Translations under genes and position numbers: made by a program
Shown: one piece after another, positions 14,360 to 27,600 of the stretch
Layout: the number at the start of each line of letters is the position of its first letter
Numbering within the stretch: position 1 is the first letter of the stretch
Assembly (NCBI GenBank): GCA_053919585.1
Contig: CM132823.1
Strand: one strand, 5' to 3'
DNA from: Euprymna scolopes
Taxonomy: Eukaryota
Length of the DNA: 64,000 nt
Notes under the pieces: generated by a model
Told to the model about the DNA's origin: nothing
Databases searched by the model: none
The model's input: only the letters and a program-made list of their open reading frames with translations

Positions 14360-15273
14360 AAACTTTTGCCCAAAAACTGATTTAAAAACTCGCTGCATGT
14401 CTGAGTACCATTTATGTAAAATTTCAAATGTTTAGACCCAAAATTGGCTGAATAGTTTGCTAGAGACCGCAGATGTAAAATTTTTTAAACTTTGACCCTT
14501 TAGCAGCCAAATTTTTGGCCACAAACAAATTAAAAAGCTTGCACTATGTCTGAATTTATGTAAAATTTCAAATATTTAGACTAAAAATTGACTGAGTAAT
14601 TTGGTAGAGACCGCATAGATCAAGTTTTTAAAACTTTGACACCAATTTTGACCCCTTAGCATTTATGGTTTTGGGCTCAAATCAAATTATAAAGTTTGAT
14701 CCATGTCCAAGTAATCTACATCTAAAATTTCAAATGTTTATACCTAAAATTGGCGGAGTAGTTTGGTAGAGTTCTCAAAGTTCAAATCGTTGAACTTTGA
14801 CCCTTTAACAACCAAATTTATGGCCGAAAGTCGACCAAAAAGATTTTCCCTAATCTTAATACTCCTTATGTCAAATCTCGAGTCTGTAGACTGAAAATTA
14901 ATAGAGTTGTTATATACTTGCTATATAATAAGCTTCGTTAACTACCATAGAAAAAAGTTGGTAGAGATCGCAGGCGTCAATTTTTGAAAACTTTTAACCC
15001 CTTAACATTTATTATTTTTTATTTTTTTCAAGTGTTTAGATCAAAAATTGGCGGAGGAGTTTGGTAGAGTTCTCAAAGGTCAAATCGTTGAACTTTGACC
15101 CCTTAACAGCAAAACTTCTGACCGAAAACCGAGTAAAAAGATTTTCCCAAATCTCACTACTCTTTATGTCAAATCTCCAGTCTCTAGACTGAAAATTGAA
15201 ATAGTTATTTGCTAGGGAAGTGTACACAGACAGACAAACATACAAACATTTTCACTTTTATAGATATATAGAT
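14360..15273. repeat. About 150-bp diverged tandem repeats, probably a Helentron-associated (HINE/DINE-1-like) non-autonomous element
   Basis: About 6 copies of the aaaattggc..agtttggtagag..actttgaccc unit. Ends in (ACAG/ACAA)n plus ctttTATAGATATATAGAT. Confidence 0.6.
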
Positions 15274-15755
15274 TTCGGTAATCCTGTGTATTCATTCTTG
15301 GTTAAGAGTATCAAGCGACCTTTTCTCTAATCCTCTACAGATTATACCTATATATAACTGTCTCCTCTCTTTCAGAACTCACCTCATATGGTTTTAGTCG
15401 TGTGCTAATCTTTTACCAATAAATTGAATTGAATAAAAATATAGGGTTCCCATACCTCCAATTGAGGTTAACTAAATAGAGACAAATTATAGATAAAGAA
15501 AATGATTCATAGTTAAGTTTATCGATTGGGTTCTCTTCTCTTTTTTGGCTTGACATATATGAATGATTTTGACACCTGTCTGAGAAAAGTGTTTTGACTA
15601 GATTCAAAAAAGCAAGCAGAATCTATATCTTCCCCGTCGGGTCAGGAAATCGGTATATCAAAATTCAATTGTTTGTGAGGTTATTTCTTAGGCCAAGCAT
15701 ACACATACATTTTTTATTTTTAGCTTTTCAGAATAAGAAAAAAAATGCCACTTAC

Positions 15756-15883
15756 CTCTAATTTAATTCTGGACCCTATTGAAGCCTCTATGGTTATCAT
15801 GCAGTTAACATTGTCATTAACTTTTTCAGTATCTGCGGTAAATTCACCAACGGCAGTATTGTAATAGTGGTTGCACTTTTGAT
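15756..15883 (-). CDS. Host gene exon: N-terminal half of CUB domain (NQKCNHYYNTAVGEFTADTEKVNDNVNCMITIEASIGSRIKLE)
   Basis: Acceptor ctgcag, donor GTAAGT, 128 nt, phase 1 to 0. Two Cys and the C-x-x-x-I-x-A-x-x-G-x-x-I-x-L-x-F CUB pattern. Joins in frame to 10279. Confidence 0.9.
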
Positions 15884-16829
15884 CTGCAGTAAATAAATTT
15901 GAAAACCATTACAAATAAAACACAAAAAAGTATAAGGAAAGAATGCAAAAATGTGTTTGTGTTCGTTTGCTTAACATAATTATGAGTTAATCACACCTTG
16001 AGAATGAGAAGTTGAATGAAACTATTAATTATGGAAGGACAGTATTAACCACACTAAAGAGTGGGTTATACCGTCTAGAAAGTGCATATTAGTAGTACAT
16101 TTTCTCACATGAGAATTGTACTGCACCATTATAACTATAATCCGACATCATAATGAGTTGTCAAGTTTATCCTTTTAATATATAACACAAAATTATTCCA
16201 TTTCTTTGGACCAAGTTGTATCGCATTTTTTTTATTTATTCTTTTTTTCTTATTTAGATTCACAGAAAAAAGACACTTTGTTTTTAAGATGTGCGAGGTT
16301 ACTGATAACTAGGGACCAGATTTAGGTGGAGGAGGGACTAAGTGGGGAGTTATGTAGCAAGATGTTTTTCACATTACATTAAAATTTTTGCACGTTGGTA
16401 TACTCAGGAACACCGAGCAGAGTGGGAATTCGAAAGACTATCAGTTCAAGGAAATTTGTACTTGAGCAGAAAGCCTTACGACATCAAGCGATTTCCACAG
16501 AGAAGGGATTTAACTGGTTGCTTAGAGATATTTACGTGGAACGACATCAGTGCATCAAATGTGTTGCATAACATTCCATTGAAGTATTTGTAAAACAATC
16601 ACAGCACATTAATATTTGTGAGTTTTTTTTTAATTAAGACTTGGATCGTTTAGACAATTGTTCCCATCTTGAGTGTTATGTTCACAACGTTTCGGCCGAT
16701 ACAAATTCTGACTTTCTTCAAGTGTATTTTGAAAATGGTTCTTATTGGTGAATGGTGGAAAGAATGCTTTTGTTTTTCCAACAGATCATAATTGTTAGAA
16801 TTCAAAATATGTGATATATTTATTAGATG

Positions 16830-17270
16830 GAAAGTCATTTCCAGTTTTAAATAAATTTAGGTTTAATATTATTTTTCTGAATTATTTAAGATTCAAAGAT
16901 TTTAGTGAAGAGAGAGTAGACTGGTGGGGTGATACTTTCCAGGGTTAGTTCTTTCAGCGGAGTTCTTAAGCATTGGTATCACAGGAGTAATTTTTCAGCT
17001 ATCAAGGAAGCAATATTTGGTAAAGCATTTGGTGAAGAGTTTGGAGAGGACAGAGGCCAGCTTCTCAAAGCATTTCTTTATGACAGGGATCACATAAGGC
17101 CCACATGATGCCAAAGGTTTTATTATCTTTTGGACATGGGAAAGAATGATGTCCAAGTCATTAAGTGTAGTTTCAGCCTGCAATGGGAAATTTGGGAGGG
17201 AGTGGCTTGTAGAGTTTAAGGTGGTGAACCATTTGGACAAGTAGTTCAGCCTTATCAATTGCTGTGCCAC
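16830..17270 (-). mobile_element. CR1-like LINE fragment (start of RT)
   Basis: ORF 16995-17300 has CGPxVIPV..KKC..KLASVLSKLFTKC...CF, homologous to ORF 38263-38691. A further fragment of the same type lies at ~18480-18900 (RKPHSSQWFT). Confidence 0.65.
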
Positions 17271-17328
17271 CGACATTGTTATGATTGAACAGCAGGACAA
17301 TTGCTAATTGCCTATTATTCACACACTA

Positions 17329-18402
17329 CGAGGGGCGTGCAATAAGTAATGCCCTGACCCACTTCCAGTTGTCTGATCTAGCTGAAATTTTGCATGTGCA
17401 ATGATCTATATCTCTACGGGTTATGTGGCAAATTACAGCTCTGAACTAATTGTGGTTTCTGTTTTACAGGTGTTTGAACTGAGTCAGGTGTGAAATGGAG
17501 CCTGTTGAATGTCGAGCAGTGATCCGGTTTTTGTATTTGAAAGTCGCACACCACAGGAGACTTTTGATGAAATGAAAGAAACTTATGGTGATAATGCCCC
17601 ATCATATGACCTTGTAAAATGCTGGCATCGTGAATTCAAACATGGCCGGAAGTCTGTGGAAACAGCTTCCAGACCTGGTCGCCCTCCCCCTTCTGCCATT
17701 GATGAGGCATCTGTCCGTCAAGTTGAGGCTGCCATTTTGGAAGATCGGCGCATTACTATTCGCTAAATAGCCCAAGATGTCAAAATTAGTACAGGGTCTG
17801 TGGAAACTATCATTCATGACCATTTGCATATGCATAAGGTGTCTTCCAGGTGGATTCCCAGGTTGCTCACACCATTCCAGAAGTGAGAACATGTCGAGTG
17901 CTCGAGGATGAAATTGGAGATGTGCCAAGAAGATGAGTCCTAGTTTTTCAAAAGACTGATTCCACAGGATGAAACCTGGGTCCATCACTATGATCCAGAG
18001 ATCAAAGCCCAGTCAATGCAGTGGAAGCACTTGGACTCACCACCTCCAAAGAAGGCAAGGGTGTAGCCCTTCGCTGGCAAGGTCATGCTCACAGTCTTCT
18101 GGGACCAGGACGGAGTAGTGACGACAGATTTCCTGGTAAAGGGAACCACAATTACAGTTTTGAATTGAAGTTGTTTTTGAAAGGAAAGCGTTTCCCAGAT
18201 GATGCAGCCTTGATTTCTGAAGTCACATCGTGGTTGGAGGACCAACCTGGGGTGTTCTACAAAAACGGTATCCAGAGCTGCATCAAACGATGGAAGAAAT
18301 GCATAACTCTGGGTGTAGAGAAAGACTAATAACTGTGCCAAGTCTCGTTGCTCTACTGCTATGGGAAGTGGGTCAGGGGCATTACTTATTGCACGCCCCT
18401 CG
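17329..18402 (+). mobile_element. Mariner transposon (irritans-like TIR), defective with an internal deletion
   Basis: TIRs cgaggggcgtgcaataagtaatgccc..gacccacttcc at both ends, with TA duplications at 17327-8 and 18403-4. Transposase motifs RPGRP, WIPRLL, QDETWVHHYDPE, KVMLTVFWD. Stops and frameshifts; the later catalytic segment is missing. Confidence 0.95.
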
Positions 18403-19132
18403 TATTATAGATTTTCTAGAAATTTCTAACTCCTAATTTTTGTGACTCAATGTGTTTTCTGGTTATATCGGTATACCTACACTTCACGGCTGAATTTGTG
18501 AAATGCTTTCTACTTCAAAATAATAGCTAGAGGGGCCGAAGTGAACCATTGAGAAGAGTGAGGCTTTCTAAAGGATTTTCGCATAGGGATATATGCTTCA
18601 AAGCCTTCTTTGACCGATTCAGTTACTTCATTTTCACACTGATCAGCAGGGAGAGAAAAATATTTGAAACACATCTTCCTATATTGTCTACATTTTATCT
18701 TCATCTGAAATCATCCAATCTAAGTTTGTCTAATACTCACATTACAAATCCATCATATTATTTTTATATCAGTTTTCTCTCCAAGCAACGCATGTCATCA
18801 ACCTTCACTTGTTATTTCACTTCCATACACCACTACACTGCTCACACATATCTGATAAACTCCTCTCTTAGTCGACAATGGTAACTCTCTGCTGATTAGT
18901 AATGAACTTACTCCAATCCATTCTTAATTCTTGCCATCACACCAGCATCAATTAATCCTTGTGCTCCATTGTTATCACTAAGGTAATAAACCTTCTGAAC
19001 AATCTTAATAGATTCATCATCCAAACATATTTTCTCCACATCTGAGTTTTCATCCATCATCATTGTCTTACGCTGATTATCATCTCTCAACTTGTAATTG
19101 CACTGCAATAAAAGATAATACAAATGACTCAC

Positions 19133-19228
19133 TGTTATTTCGTTCGTCTGAATTATCTCCGCAGTCATTTTGCCCATCATCCACAAAACTGAGTGGAACA
19201 CATTTGCCATTATTGCAAGGAAAGGATT
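19133..19228 (-). CDS. Host gene exon: LDL-receptor class A repeat (KSFPCNNGKCVPLSFVDDGQNDCGDNSDERNN)
   Basis: Acceptor tttcag, donor GTGAGT, 96 nt, phase 1 to 1. DCxDxSDE motif. Confidence 0.93.
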
Positions 19229-19599
19229 CTGAAAAACGAAAAAGAAAAAATAAGTCAACCGGTTTAATACAATAACGTGACACTTTTCTTTGTACAGTTC
19301 TTTGAACATCGTAACAAAATACAAAGTAAAAAGAAAGTAAATATTTTTTTAACCTTTTTTCTACCCAAATCTGTGGCCATTAAAACTATTGGAGATATCT
19401 ATGAGATATCTATTCATTAAAATCTATATGAGATATATCTATATAATATCTTTATCTTTATAAAGATGAGATAGTTTCATTGGGATAAGATAGTTTTTTC
19501 TGTTTGTTTTTTGTTTTTGTGTTTTTCATTTATTGATGGCCAAAGGCAATTCAAGGATTAGGACTTAATGAGTGTTAGGATGTCGGTGAGACTGGGATA

Positions 19600-19830
19600 T
19601 GCATAACCAAATGTTACGCTGAGGCTCGTATGGATGTGCAGAGTATTCTACTTCATATTGAAGTCATCTTCTGCTATTTAGGCGACATGTTGAATTCTTA
19701 TTGTGGTTACAAAAACACTATTGCTGTTTGCTCATTACTTGCATTGAGAAAGTCCAGGAAGTTTCTGCCATCCCTTATATTTAGGCAAATTTCCCTCCAA
19801 ATCCGGGTCAAAGTCTTTTCAATTTCTTTT
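19600..19830 (+). mobile_element. RTE-like RT fragment
   Basis: FCYLGDML...RKxRKFLPSL in ORF 19630. Confidence 0.5.
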
Positions 19831-20415
19831 TGCTGTACCAGATTAGATCATCTCCTCTGTTTCAACTAGACAAAAAACCAGTTGCTCTTCTCCTCAGGCT
19901 GCTATAAAATCACATACATCGTACTTTGTACATACTATGGGAGAGGAGATTTATCTTCTAGTCTTAAAGCTTAGAAGGCAGAACTTTAAAAATCGATGCT
20001 AAACACTTAGCGTTATTTATATTGAGTATATATTTATATTATAATTGGCATTATCTATAATTTATACCTATATTCTATATCTTATCTGTAAGATTAGAAA
20101 CTTATTAGCCATAGTTTAAACTTTATATGTAGCACAGTGGATAGAGACGTTGAATCTCTACAGGGCCAAGTGAGCATTGTCAGAAGATAGCGGTTTCAAT
20201 CCTACCCAAAGCCAGCCAGAGGATCAGTTGGCCAAAACGTGGTGAGAGGACAACAGCTATGGATTGCAGTAATTACTGAAGATACAGTTAAAGATTCAGC
20301 ATTCCTATCCTGTTGCAGTTTATCTGTTTGTATATCCCAGACCCTTAAGATTTTGTGACTTTCATTTTCAGATATTGTTGCCGATTTGTGTTTGTACCAT
20401 ATATCTGGGTAATCA

Positions 20416-20699
20416 NNNNNNNNNNNNNNNNNNNNNNNNNNNNNNNNNNNNNNNNNNNNNNNNNNNNNNNNNNNNNNNNNNNNNNNNNNNNNNNNNNNNN
20501 NNNNNNNNNNNNNNNNNNNNNNNNNNNNNNNNNNNNNNNNNNNNNNNNNNNNNNNNNNNNNNNNNNNNNNNNNNNNNNNNNNNNNNNNNNNNNNNNNNNN
20601 NNNNNNNNNNNNNNNNNNNNNNNNNNNNNNNNNNNNNNNNNNNNNNNNNNNNNNNNNNNNNNNNNNNNNNNNNNNNNNNNNNNNNNNNNNNNNNNNNNN
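20416..20699. other. Assembly gap (N run), flanked on the left by a LINE restriction-like endonuclease remnant (WYKH...ENE..KIL..DIQTD, minus strand)
   Basis: Run of N; ORF 20202-20753 spans it. Confidence 0.95.
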
Positions 20700-21301
20700 T
20701 AATATGATTTCAGATGGGACAAAAGTGTCATGACCGCCAAGCAATTGGAACATAATCGTTCAAATTATGCTCCTTTGGCTTTGGATGTAAAGCATATGCA
20801 TGGAGTTAAAACATTACTGCAATAGTCGTTTACCACTGATTTCCTACTAGCCCCAATCATTGGCCTTCATTGGGATTTGGGTGGCCATAAGTCTCTACAA
20901 GCCCCCAATTCTCCACACACTCATCCAGTTTAAGTGTGTTTAATTCTTCCTTTCCTTCTTGATCTCTCACGACTATTTGATATGGTACCAGTTGATGCCA
21001 ATGCTACAATTTTTAAGGCAATGGAATCATTTAAAATTATACTGTTTCAATTTTCTTGATTCTTTGTGGTGTTTTTTAATCTTTTTGTTTTACTTCTGCT
21101 GCAGTTTCTCTATGTCCGATAAGCATTGTTAGCTCATTGGTATTAATCTCTACATTCAAGGGTTTCCTTTATATTGTTTAACCGTTTTCATTATTGCTAG
21201 CCGTAGTATCTTTTCAGTCATCCCCTTGATTCTCATCAGTTCCGGTTTTCTTTCTAAGTTTTTTAAATTATTCATAGGGCTTTCTTCATCACCTATATCT
21301 A

Positions 21302-21303
<2 letters not shown>

Positions 21304-21365
<62 letters not shown>
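21304..21365. repeat. (ATT)n microsatellite abutting a splice donor
   Basis: Directly visible. Confidence 0.95.
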
Positions 21366-21366
<1 letters not shown>

Positions 21367-21371
21367 CTTAC

Positions 21372-21536
21372 TAATGCAAGCTTCTTTTTGGCAAATAAAA
21401 GGATATGACCTATCACAATTATCCACTACATATAAACCATCATCTTTCTTCATAGCCACACAATCCCCCTTCGACCAATCGGGTTGAAAATTGTCCCAGT
21501 ATCCATAACAGTCATTATCTTCTTCGTGGGAATGAC
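21372..21536 (-). CDS. Host gene exon: C-type lectin domain C-terminal part (GHSHEEDNDCYGYWDNFQPDWSKGDCVAMKKDDGLYVVDNCDRSYPFICQKEACI)
   Basis: Acceptor ttacag, donor GTAAGT, 165 nt, phase 1 to 1. W..QPD, C-V and C...FIC CTLD signature. Not in the ORF track. Confidence 0.93.
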
Positions 21537-21949
21537 CTGTAAATTAAAAATAAAATTAAAATACTCTCACCGACAAACGAATTTAGAAAAGGTTCTTTTT
21601 TAACTCTTATATTGATTTTCTATGTTTATAGTTGGAAACTAGCTTGCCATGAATAGATGGACAACATCGATTATTCGTAATATTAATTTACTAACAGAAC
21701 ATTGTAGAAATTTTACACCGTTTTTCATATATCGATATGTATAATTTACTATCAATAATAATATTCCTTTTAAAATAATAAATGTCTCTCAGACTCAGTA
21801 GTGTTTAAAAATGGCTCTTTCTTCTGTAAAAATTAATGCAAGTTAATAATTTTAAAATAAAAAATAAAACGACTATGTTCCTTTCATTTATTTAAATGTT
21901 TTGCAATTTACTGAAAAAATCTTTGTCTTTTTATGGTAAAATTTCTACC

Positions 21950-22110
21950 ACGAATATCCGCCATATTTGAACGGATATACCATATACTGGATAAGTTAGA
22001 TGACACTAGAATAATAGCATTTGATATAGCCATGGCCTTTAATAAAATCTGGGAAGAAAGTCTTCCAAGAAAAAATACTTTGTACAATATTACTGGACAA
22101 ATCTAATATA
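21950..22110 (+). mobile_element. CR1-like RT fragment (AFDIxxAFNKIW), 5' half of an interrupted element
   Basis: Degenerate DISKAFDKVW-type motif; the continuation appears at 26750-27600. Confidence 0.55.
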
Positions 22111-22399
22111 TAAATCTCACTATGTGTGTGTGTGTCCGTTTTCTAAATTGTATCTCCTCCTAGACGAATGGTTGCTTGACGGCATGCAGTAGCTCCAAAG
22201 ATTGCATATAGGGTGCAGAATTTTATTAGAGGTATTTAATCGGTTAAAGGCACTGCTAAGGGATTCAAAAAAGGTGTTCAAACTTGAAAGAAGTGACAAC
22301 TTGACGAGCATAGCGCACAGGGCGTCGTTGTATGCATGCACACAATCTGTAACAGAGATTTATTTATTTAGTAAATTTACAAGCATTCGAAAACAGTTA

Positions 22400-25300
22400 T
22401 CTCTTTGGGGCTGCAGATGTGACACCTGATGGTCGGTTAGTGTCCGTGTCAAAGGTGTGATGTGAGTCCAATCAGAGCTCTGAAACCCCGGCTGCAGATG
22501 TGACACCTGATGGCAGGAAATCCGGGTAGTGGCGCCTGTAGGTGAACTTTTTTGCTTCCCAAGCAGCAATGCTTTGATCTCTAATGCGTTTTGAGAGTTA
22601 TTCATCGATTTTTCCAGTATTTGTAATGGTACTGCCCAGGTAGGTGAACTGTTCAACTTTCGTCAATGAGGTACCATTCAGGAGTACTTCTTTGAGGTTA
22701 ATCTTTGTATCACGGGTGTCTTGAATCAAAATTTCAGTCTTTTTGATGTTGATTGTCAGTCCAAATTTCTTGGATGCCTCCGTAAATGCTATCACTAAAT
22801 CTTGCATTGCTTGGGGCTTTGGGTTACAAATGCTGAATAATCAGTAAAGAGTAAAAGAGTAGTTCCTTGATCACTAACTCATGTGTTCTGGTTTTTGCTC
22901 TCAAGCGTTTTAGGTTGAAAAGGTCACCATCACTTCTGGTTCGGATGTAGAGATCACCGAGTTCTTCAGGCATGCTTTTCAGGACAGCAGCAAGGAAGAT
23001 TATAAACAGAGTTGACACCGTGTCCAAGGCTAAAAGAGTTTGAGCATCCATCGCCCCTGCAAACGCGAGCAGTCATGCCATCATGGAAACTGCGCAGTAC
23101 TCTTGTGAAGGTCTGTTTCTGTTGGTGTCTCAGTAACTTCCAAAGCATGTCTCCATCAACTGTGTCGAAAGCCTTGCTAAAATCTACAAAGGTGACAATG
23201 AGAGGTTGACGTTGTTCAATGGACTTTTCCTGTAATTATCGGACGGCAAAGATCATATCTTGTGTGGATCTGTTTACCCTGAATCCACATTGGCTCTCTG
23301 GTAGAATGTCTTCAGCCAAGCTCTGTAATCGATATTGTAGGATTTTGGCCATAATCTTCCCAGCAACAGACAGAAGGGAGATTCCTCAGTGGTTCCAGCA
23401 TTCCACCATGTCCCTTTTTCTCTTATACACTGTTACAATGATGGCATCTTTGAAATCCTGGGGAACTTCTGATGTTGATGTCCAGATGTTGTGGAAAAGT
23501 TGTAGTAATTGACTTCTCAGGGCTGCTCCACCATGCTTCCAAACTTCTGGTGGTATGTTTTCTGGTCCTACAGCCTTTCCGTTCTTTGTCCTCTTTATGG
23601 CCATGTCAAGTTCATCTGCTGTTGGTAAATCATCCATTTGGTATCTAATCGGCAGTTGAGGTATTTTATCAACTCCATCTTCAGCACATGTTTCTGGGTT
23701 CAACAGAAGTTCGAAGTGTTACTTCCATCTCTCCATTATCGTGTGTTTCTCCGTATGGAGCACACTGCCATCAATGCTCTTCACAAGACCCAAGCAGGCA
23801 CTTTGTGGTCCGTACACTTCCTTTAACGATGCAAAGAACGCTTTAGAGTCATTTCTGTCTGCCATGTTCTGAATTTCAACTGCTTTTTTCGTCCACCGTC
23901 GTTTTTCATTTTCCGCAGTTTTCTTCGAAGATTTTACACTTTTGTACTTGTCCCTTGCTTCTCTTGTGCATATTTCTTTCAGGGTCTTTTGAAACAGCAG
24001 GTTTTTCTTTTGAATGAGTGCCATGATCTCTTTGTTGCATTCATCAAACCAGTCTGCATGTTCCCTACTTTGTTTACCAAGGACTTCAGATGCAGAAGTG
24101 AACTGTTCTTCTGTGGTACCAGTTGGTGTTGTGAGACTATCAGATATTTTGTGTGCTAGTTTGTCTTTCACACTTTGGTCCTTTAGTAATTCGGTATTTA
24201 GTTTCTTTGGTGGTTTTGATCCTTTCTTCTTGAACGGAGGAGGCTTTGGTTTTATGTTGCATCTGGCATGGATCATGTAGTGATCAGTACAACATTCAGC
24301 TCCTCTCATAGCTCTGGTATTGCGAAAGTCTTTTAGATTTTCTATTCTTGTGATTACATAACCCAACAGAGTGGGGTGCTTGGATCTTGGATGTTTCTAC
24401 GAGCAGTACCATTTGTCTGGATAGTTGAAGAACGTGTTTGTTATAGCAAGTCTGTGTTTGGAGCACTTTAATAGCAACAGTTCGCCATTCGAGTTCATTT
24501 TTCCTTTTCCAAATTTACCCATTATTTGTGGCCAGGCTGCATGATCTTTTTCCACTCTAGTATTGAAATCATTGAGTACAATGAGTTTGTCAGCTACAGG
24601 GATCTCAGAAAGCAGAATGCCAAGAGACTGATAGAATAGTTCTTTAGTCTCCAGGTCATTTGTCATCGTTGGCGCATATGCAGAGATTATTGTCAGGTAT
24701 CTTTGCTTGCCAATGTGAATTTTCATTGTCATGAGGCGATCACTTTTCCCTGTTGGTAGTAATTCCAGTTCTTTCACAAGGTTGTTTGAGATTGCAAATG
24801 CATCCCTCGCTTCTCTTCACTCGCCAGAAGGTTTGTCAGACCAGTAGAAGGTATGAGTTTTTTTCCTTTAGTTGTCCCTGGTCAGGAAATCGAGTTTCTT
24901 GTAGTACTGCAATGTCAATTTTATAGCGGTCCAACTCTCGAGAGATGAGGGCTGTTCTTCATTCCGGTCTATCATTCTAGTCAATCAGGGTTCTGACATT
25001 CCCTGATGCCAGAATAAGGTTTTTGGTTGATTTTTTTGTCTTTGTACCATTGTCGTGGATTCCTGCCGACTAGCCGGCCAGAAGTGTGTGTGAACGAGCA
25101 ATGTTTAGTCCACCTTTTCTAGAACCCTCCCCAGATTAGGGCAGGCAGTGAATAGAGCTACCCAGTCACAAGAGCTGCTGCCTTGCAATACTGTCACTCT
25201 TCAGCAAGAGCACGACCATCATACTCCAATCGCCTGAGTGCAGAGATCACGCCGCGGCTTCCAGTCCATCAAACCTGCCTGCACGCCCTCACTCCATCGC

Positions 25301-25500
25301 CACAGGACTTTCACCTCTCTCCCAGCCTAGGCAAAGTAGGAATAAACAGCCTGCCCAGTACTGCTAGCACCGTCTTCATTGAAAGCAAAAGTACAGAGAC
25401 AAGGACGGGCCAGAACAGTCTGCACACATGCAATCAGCCGCATCCGATGGCTGAAGCAAACTCGAGTCGAGTTGTATATCACTCTTGTTGACCGCATCGG
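22400..25500 (-). mobile_element. RTE-clade LINE (APE endonuclease + RT), pseudogenised
   Basis: APE: GNVRTL, RTALISRELDRYKIDIAVLQETRF, SAYAPT, TDH. RT: KAVGPENIPPEVWK, GISLLSVAGK, PESQCGFR, FVDFSKAFDTV, FTYLGS. Many frameshifts; GC-richer putative 5' UTR at ~25030-25500. Confidence 0.92.
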
Positions 25501-25719
25501 TACTGCGGTGCTGGTTCATCCGCTGCACAAGCCATTGGGATTCCTTCCTCAGGACTAATAATAATAATTATGCAAGAACACTTTTATATAAAAAATACAG
25601 AAAAACGTTTTTGCTGTACATAATGAAAATATCATATTCCAAATATATAGGATATATTATATATCGGCTTATTTGTTACATTCCAAAAATAACGTAAATA
25701 GATCAAGTAATGGAAATTT

Positions 25720-26150
25720 GTATTGACTTCACTCCTAAACTAATTAACCGATCATTATGAATTTTAAGGATGTGTATATAATTATATATTTCTATTATTG
25801 GATTCACTCCTTAACTAATTAACCGATCATTATCAATTTAAATTATGTGTTTATGTTTATATATTTCTACGTATTAGATTCACTCCTAAACTAATTAACT
25901 GATCATTATTAATTTTAAAGATGTGTGTATGTGTATATATACGTATTGATTGGATTCACTCCTAAACTAATTAACCAATCCTTATGAATTTTAATTATGT
26001 GTATATGTTTATATATTTCTATTATTGGATTCACTCATGAACTAATTTGCCCATTATTATGAATGTTTAGTATATGTTTATATATTTGTATTTATTGGAT
26101 TCACTCACTCCTAAACTAATTAAACGATCATTATGAATATTAATTATGTG
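25720..26150. repeat. About 75-bp minisatellite, 6 copies (ttggattcactcctaaactaattaaccgatcattatgaatttt...)
   Basis: Visible tandem periodicity. Confidence 0.9.
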
Positions 26151-26749
26151 TAAAAACAAACTCTCACCTGTGACACACGGAAAAATTAGCACAACAGAAA
26201 ATTATGTAAAACTATCGAGTAGTTCCATCTTAGAAATGACGTACTTGTACATTATTGTACCCAAGAAGTAAAGTAATTGTTCGGTATAGTACTCATATGA
26301 AAAAACAAAGAAAATGCATAAAAATTATAAAAATGGAAAATCATGTAATATATTCGGGTAGTATGACTTTTAAATGGGAAATAAGGTGCTTCTTTACTAT
26401 AGAACTCTAATCAAACTATCATCTGTGATATACAGAAAAATTAGCACAACAGAAAATTATGTAAAATATTTTAAATATGTGTTGTACATACCCACCCTAG
26501 GTAAGTATTTTTTTTCCATAAACGTGCTGTAAATTTCCTGTCCTAGGGGAGGCACAATTATTTCATAATATAATACTTGTCCTAGGATAGGTAAAATATT
26601 CTTTTGCTCAAGATGACAAATGATACATAGACATCAAAAATTCCTCTATCCTAAGAATAACAGGTATGTCCAAAATTTTTCTCATTGACATTGGGTGGCC
26701 TTGTTAATAATTAATAAAATCAGATTCTTCTTAGCTAAAAAAAAAAAAC

Positions 26750-27600
26750 CCCGGTTGTTCAGTCTAACAACCATTAATGCAGATGTGACCTAAGGGTCGA
26801 TACTTGAACCCTTATTCCTGATCTTCATAAACGATCTTCTTAATGCAATCGTGTCTAAGATGCGTATATTTGCAGATAACCCTATGATGTACTGTTAATA
26901 TGTGGGAAAATTGAACATACATATATCCATGACAATAGCTGAACAAAATTATTTACAGTCTGTAATAGAATGGGGCCTAAATGGAAAGCCACATTGAAGG
27001 ATACCAAGACAAAGTTTATTCTCTTTAAGAATTATTACAAACCTTTCTAAACAATGATTGGTAGAGCTGATAGCATCCTTCCAAAGATCCCAGCATTTAA
27101 ATTCCTCAACCAGACAACATTAATTGGAATAAATGCATGGGAGATACTGCCAACTCTGTAGCAAAGAAGGTGAGCACTCTCTACCATATTACAAAACTTC
27201 TCACACCTGCCATTATCCCATATCTCTATAAATCATCTAATCGCCCATGCACCGATTATTTTTTACTATATCTTAACTGGTGCTCCAATCACTAAGCTAT
27301 CCAATATATCCCACACTGTCTACCAAGCTCCAATCTCTGTCTCATCGCAGCAATGTTGCATACTTCTGATTTTTTTACAAACGGAATATGCTCCAATGTA
27401 CTTAATTGTAAATACACTCGACCAACCCAACAAAGGGCAAAATCTTACCACGTCAGTGTATAGATCCCCTAATACAAGAAAATTTCCTACTCTAATAACT
27501 TCTTTCCTCAAACCGCTTCCTTTTGGAATTCCCTCCCTGTTTCTTCGACTGTACTAACATGTAAAAAATTAACAAATATCTTGTTGGACAACTACCCACT
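26750..27600 (+). mobile_element. CR1-like RT and C-terminal fragment
   Basis: INAxVxxGSILxPLFLIFINDL, FADN(DD), LYKS..RPC, and SFFxQTASFWNSLP near the end. Confidence 0.7.

Noticed and set aside
16640-16860. Penelope-like remnants (caacgtttcggccg; also ~33380-33580)
   Set aside because: Too short and degenerate to call without a library search.
20202-20753. ORFs spanning the N run (also 55608-55898)
   Set aside because: Artefacts of translating gaps.
21156-21416. Poly-Ile, poly-Leu, poly-Thr and (RE)n ORFs (also 9865, 31512, 60299)
   Set aside because: Translations of microsatellites.
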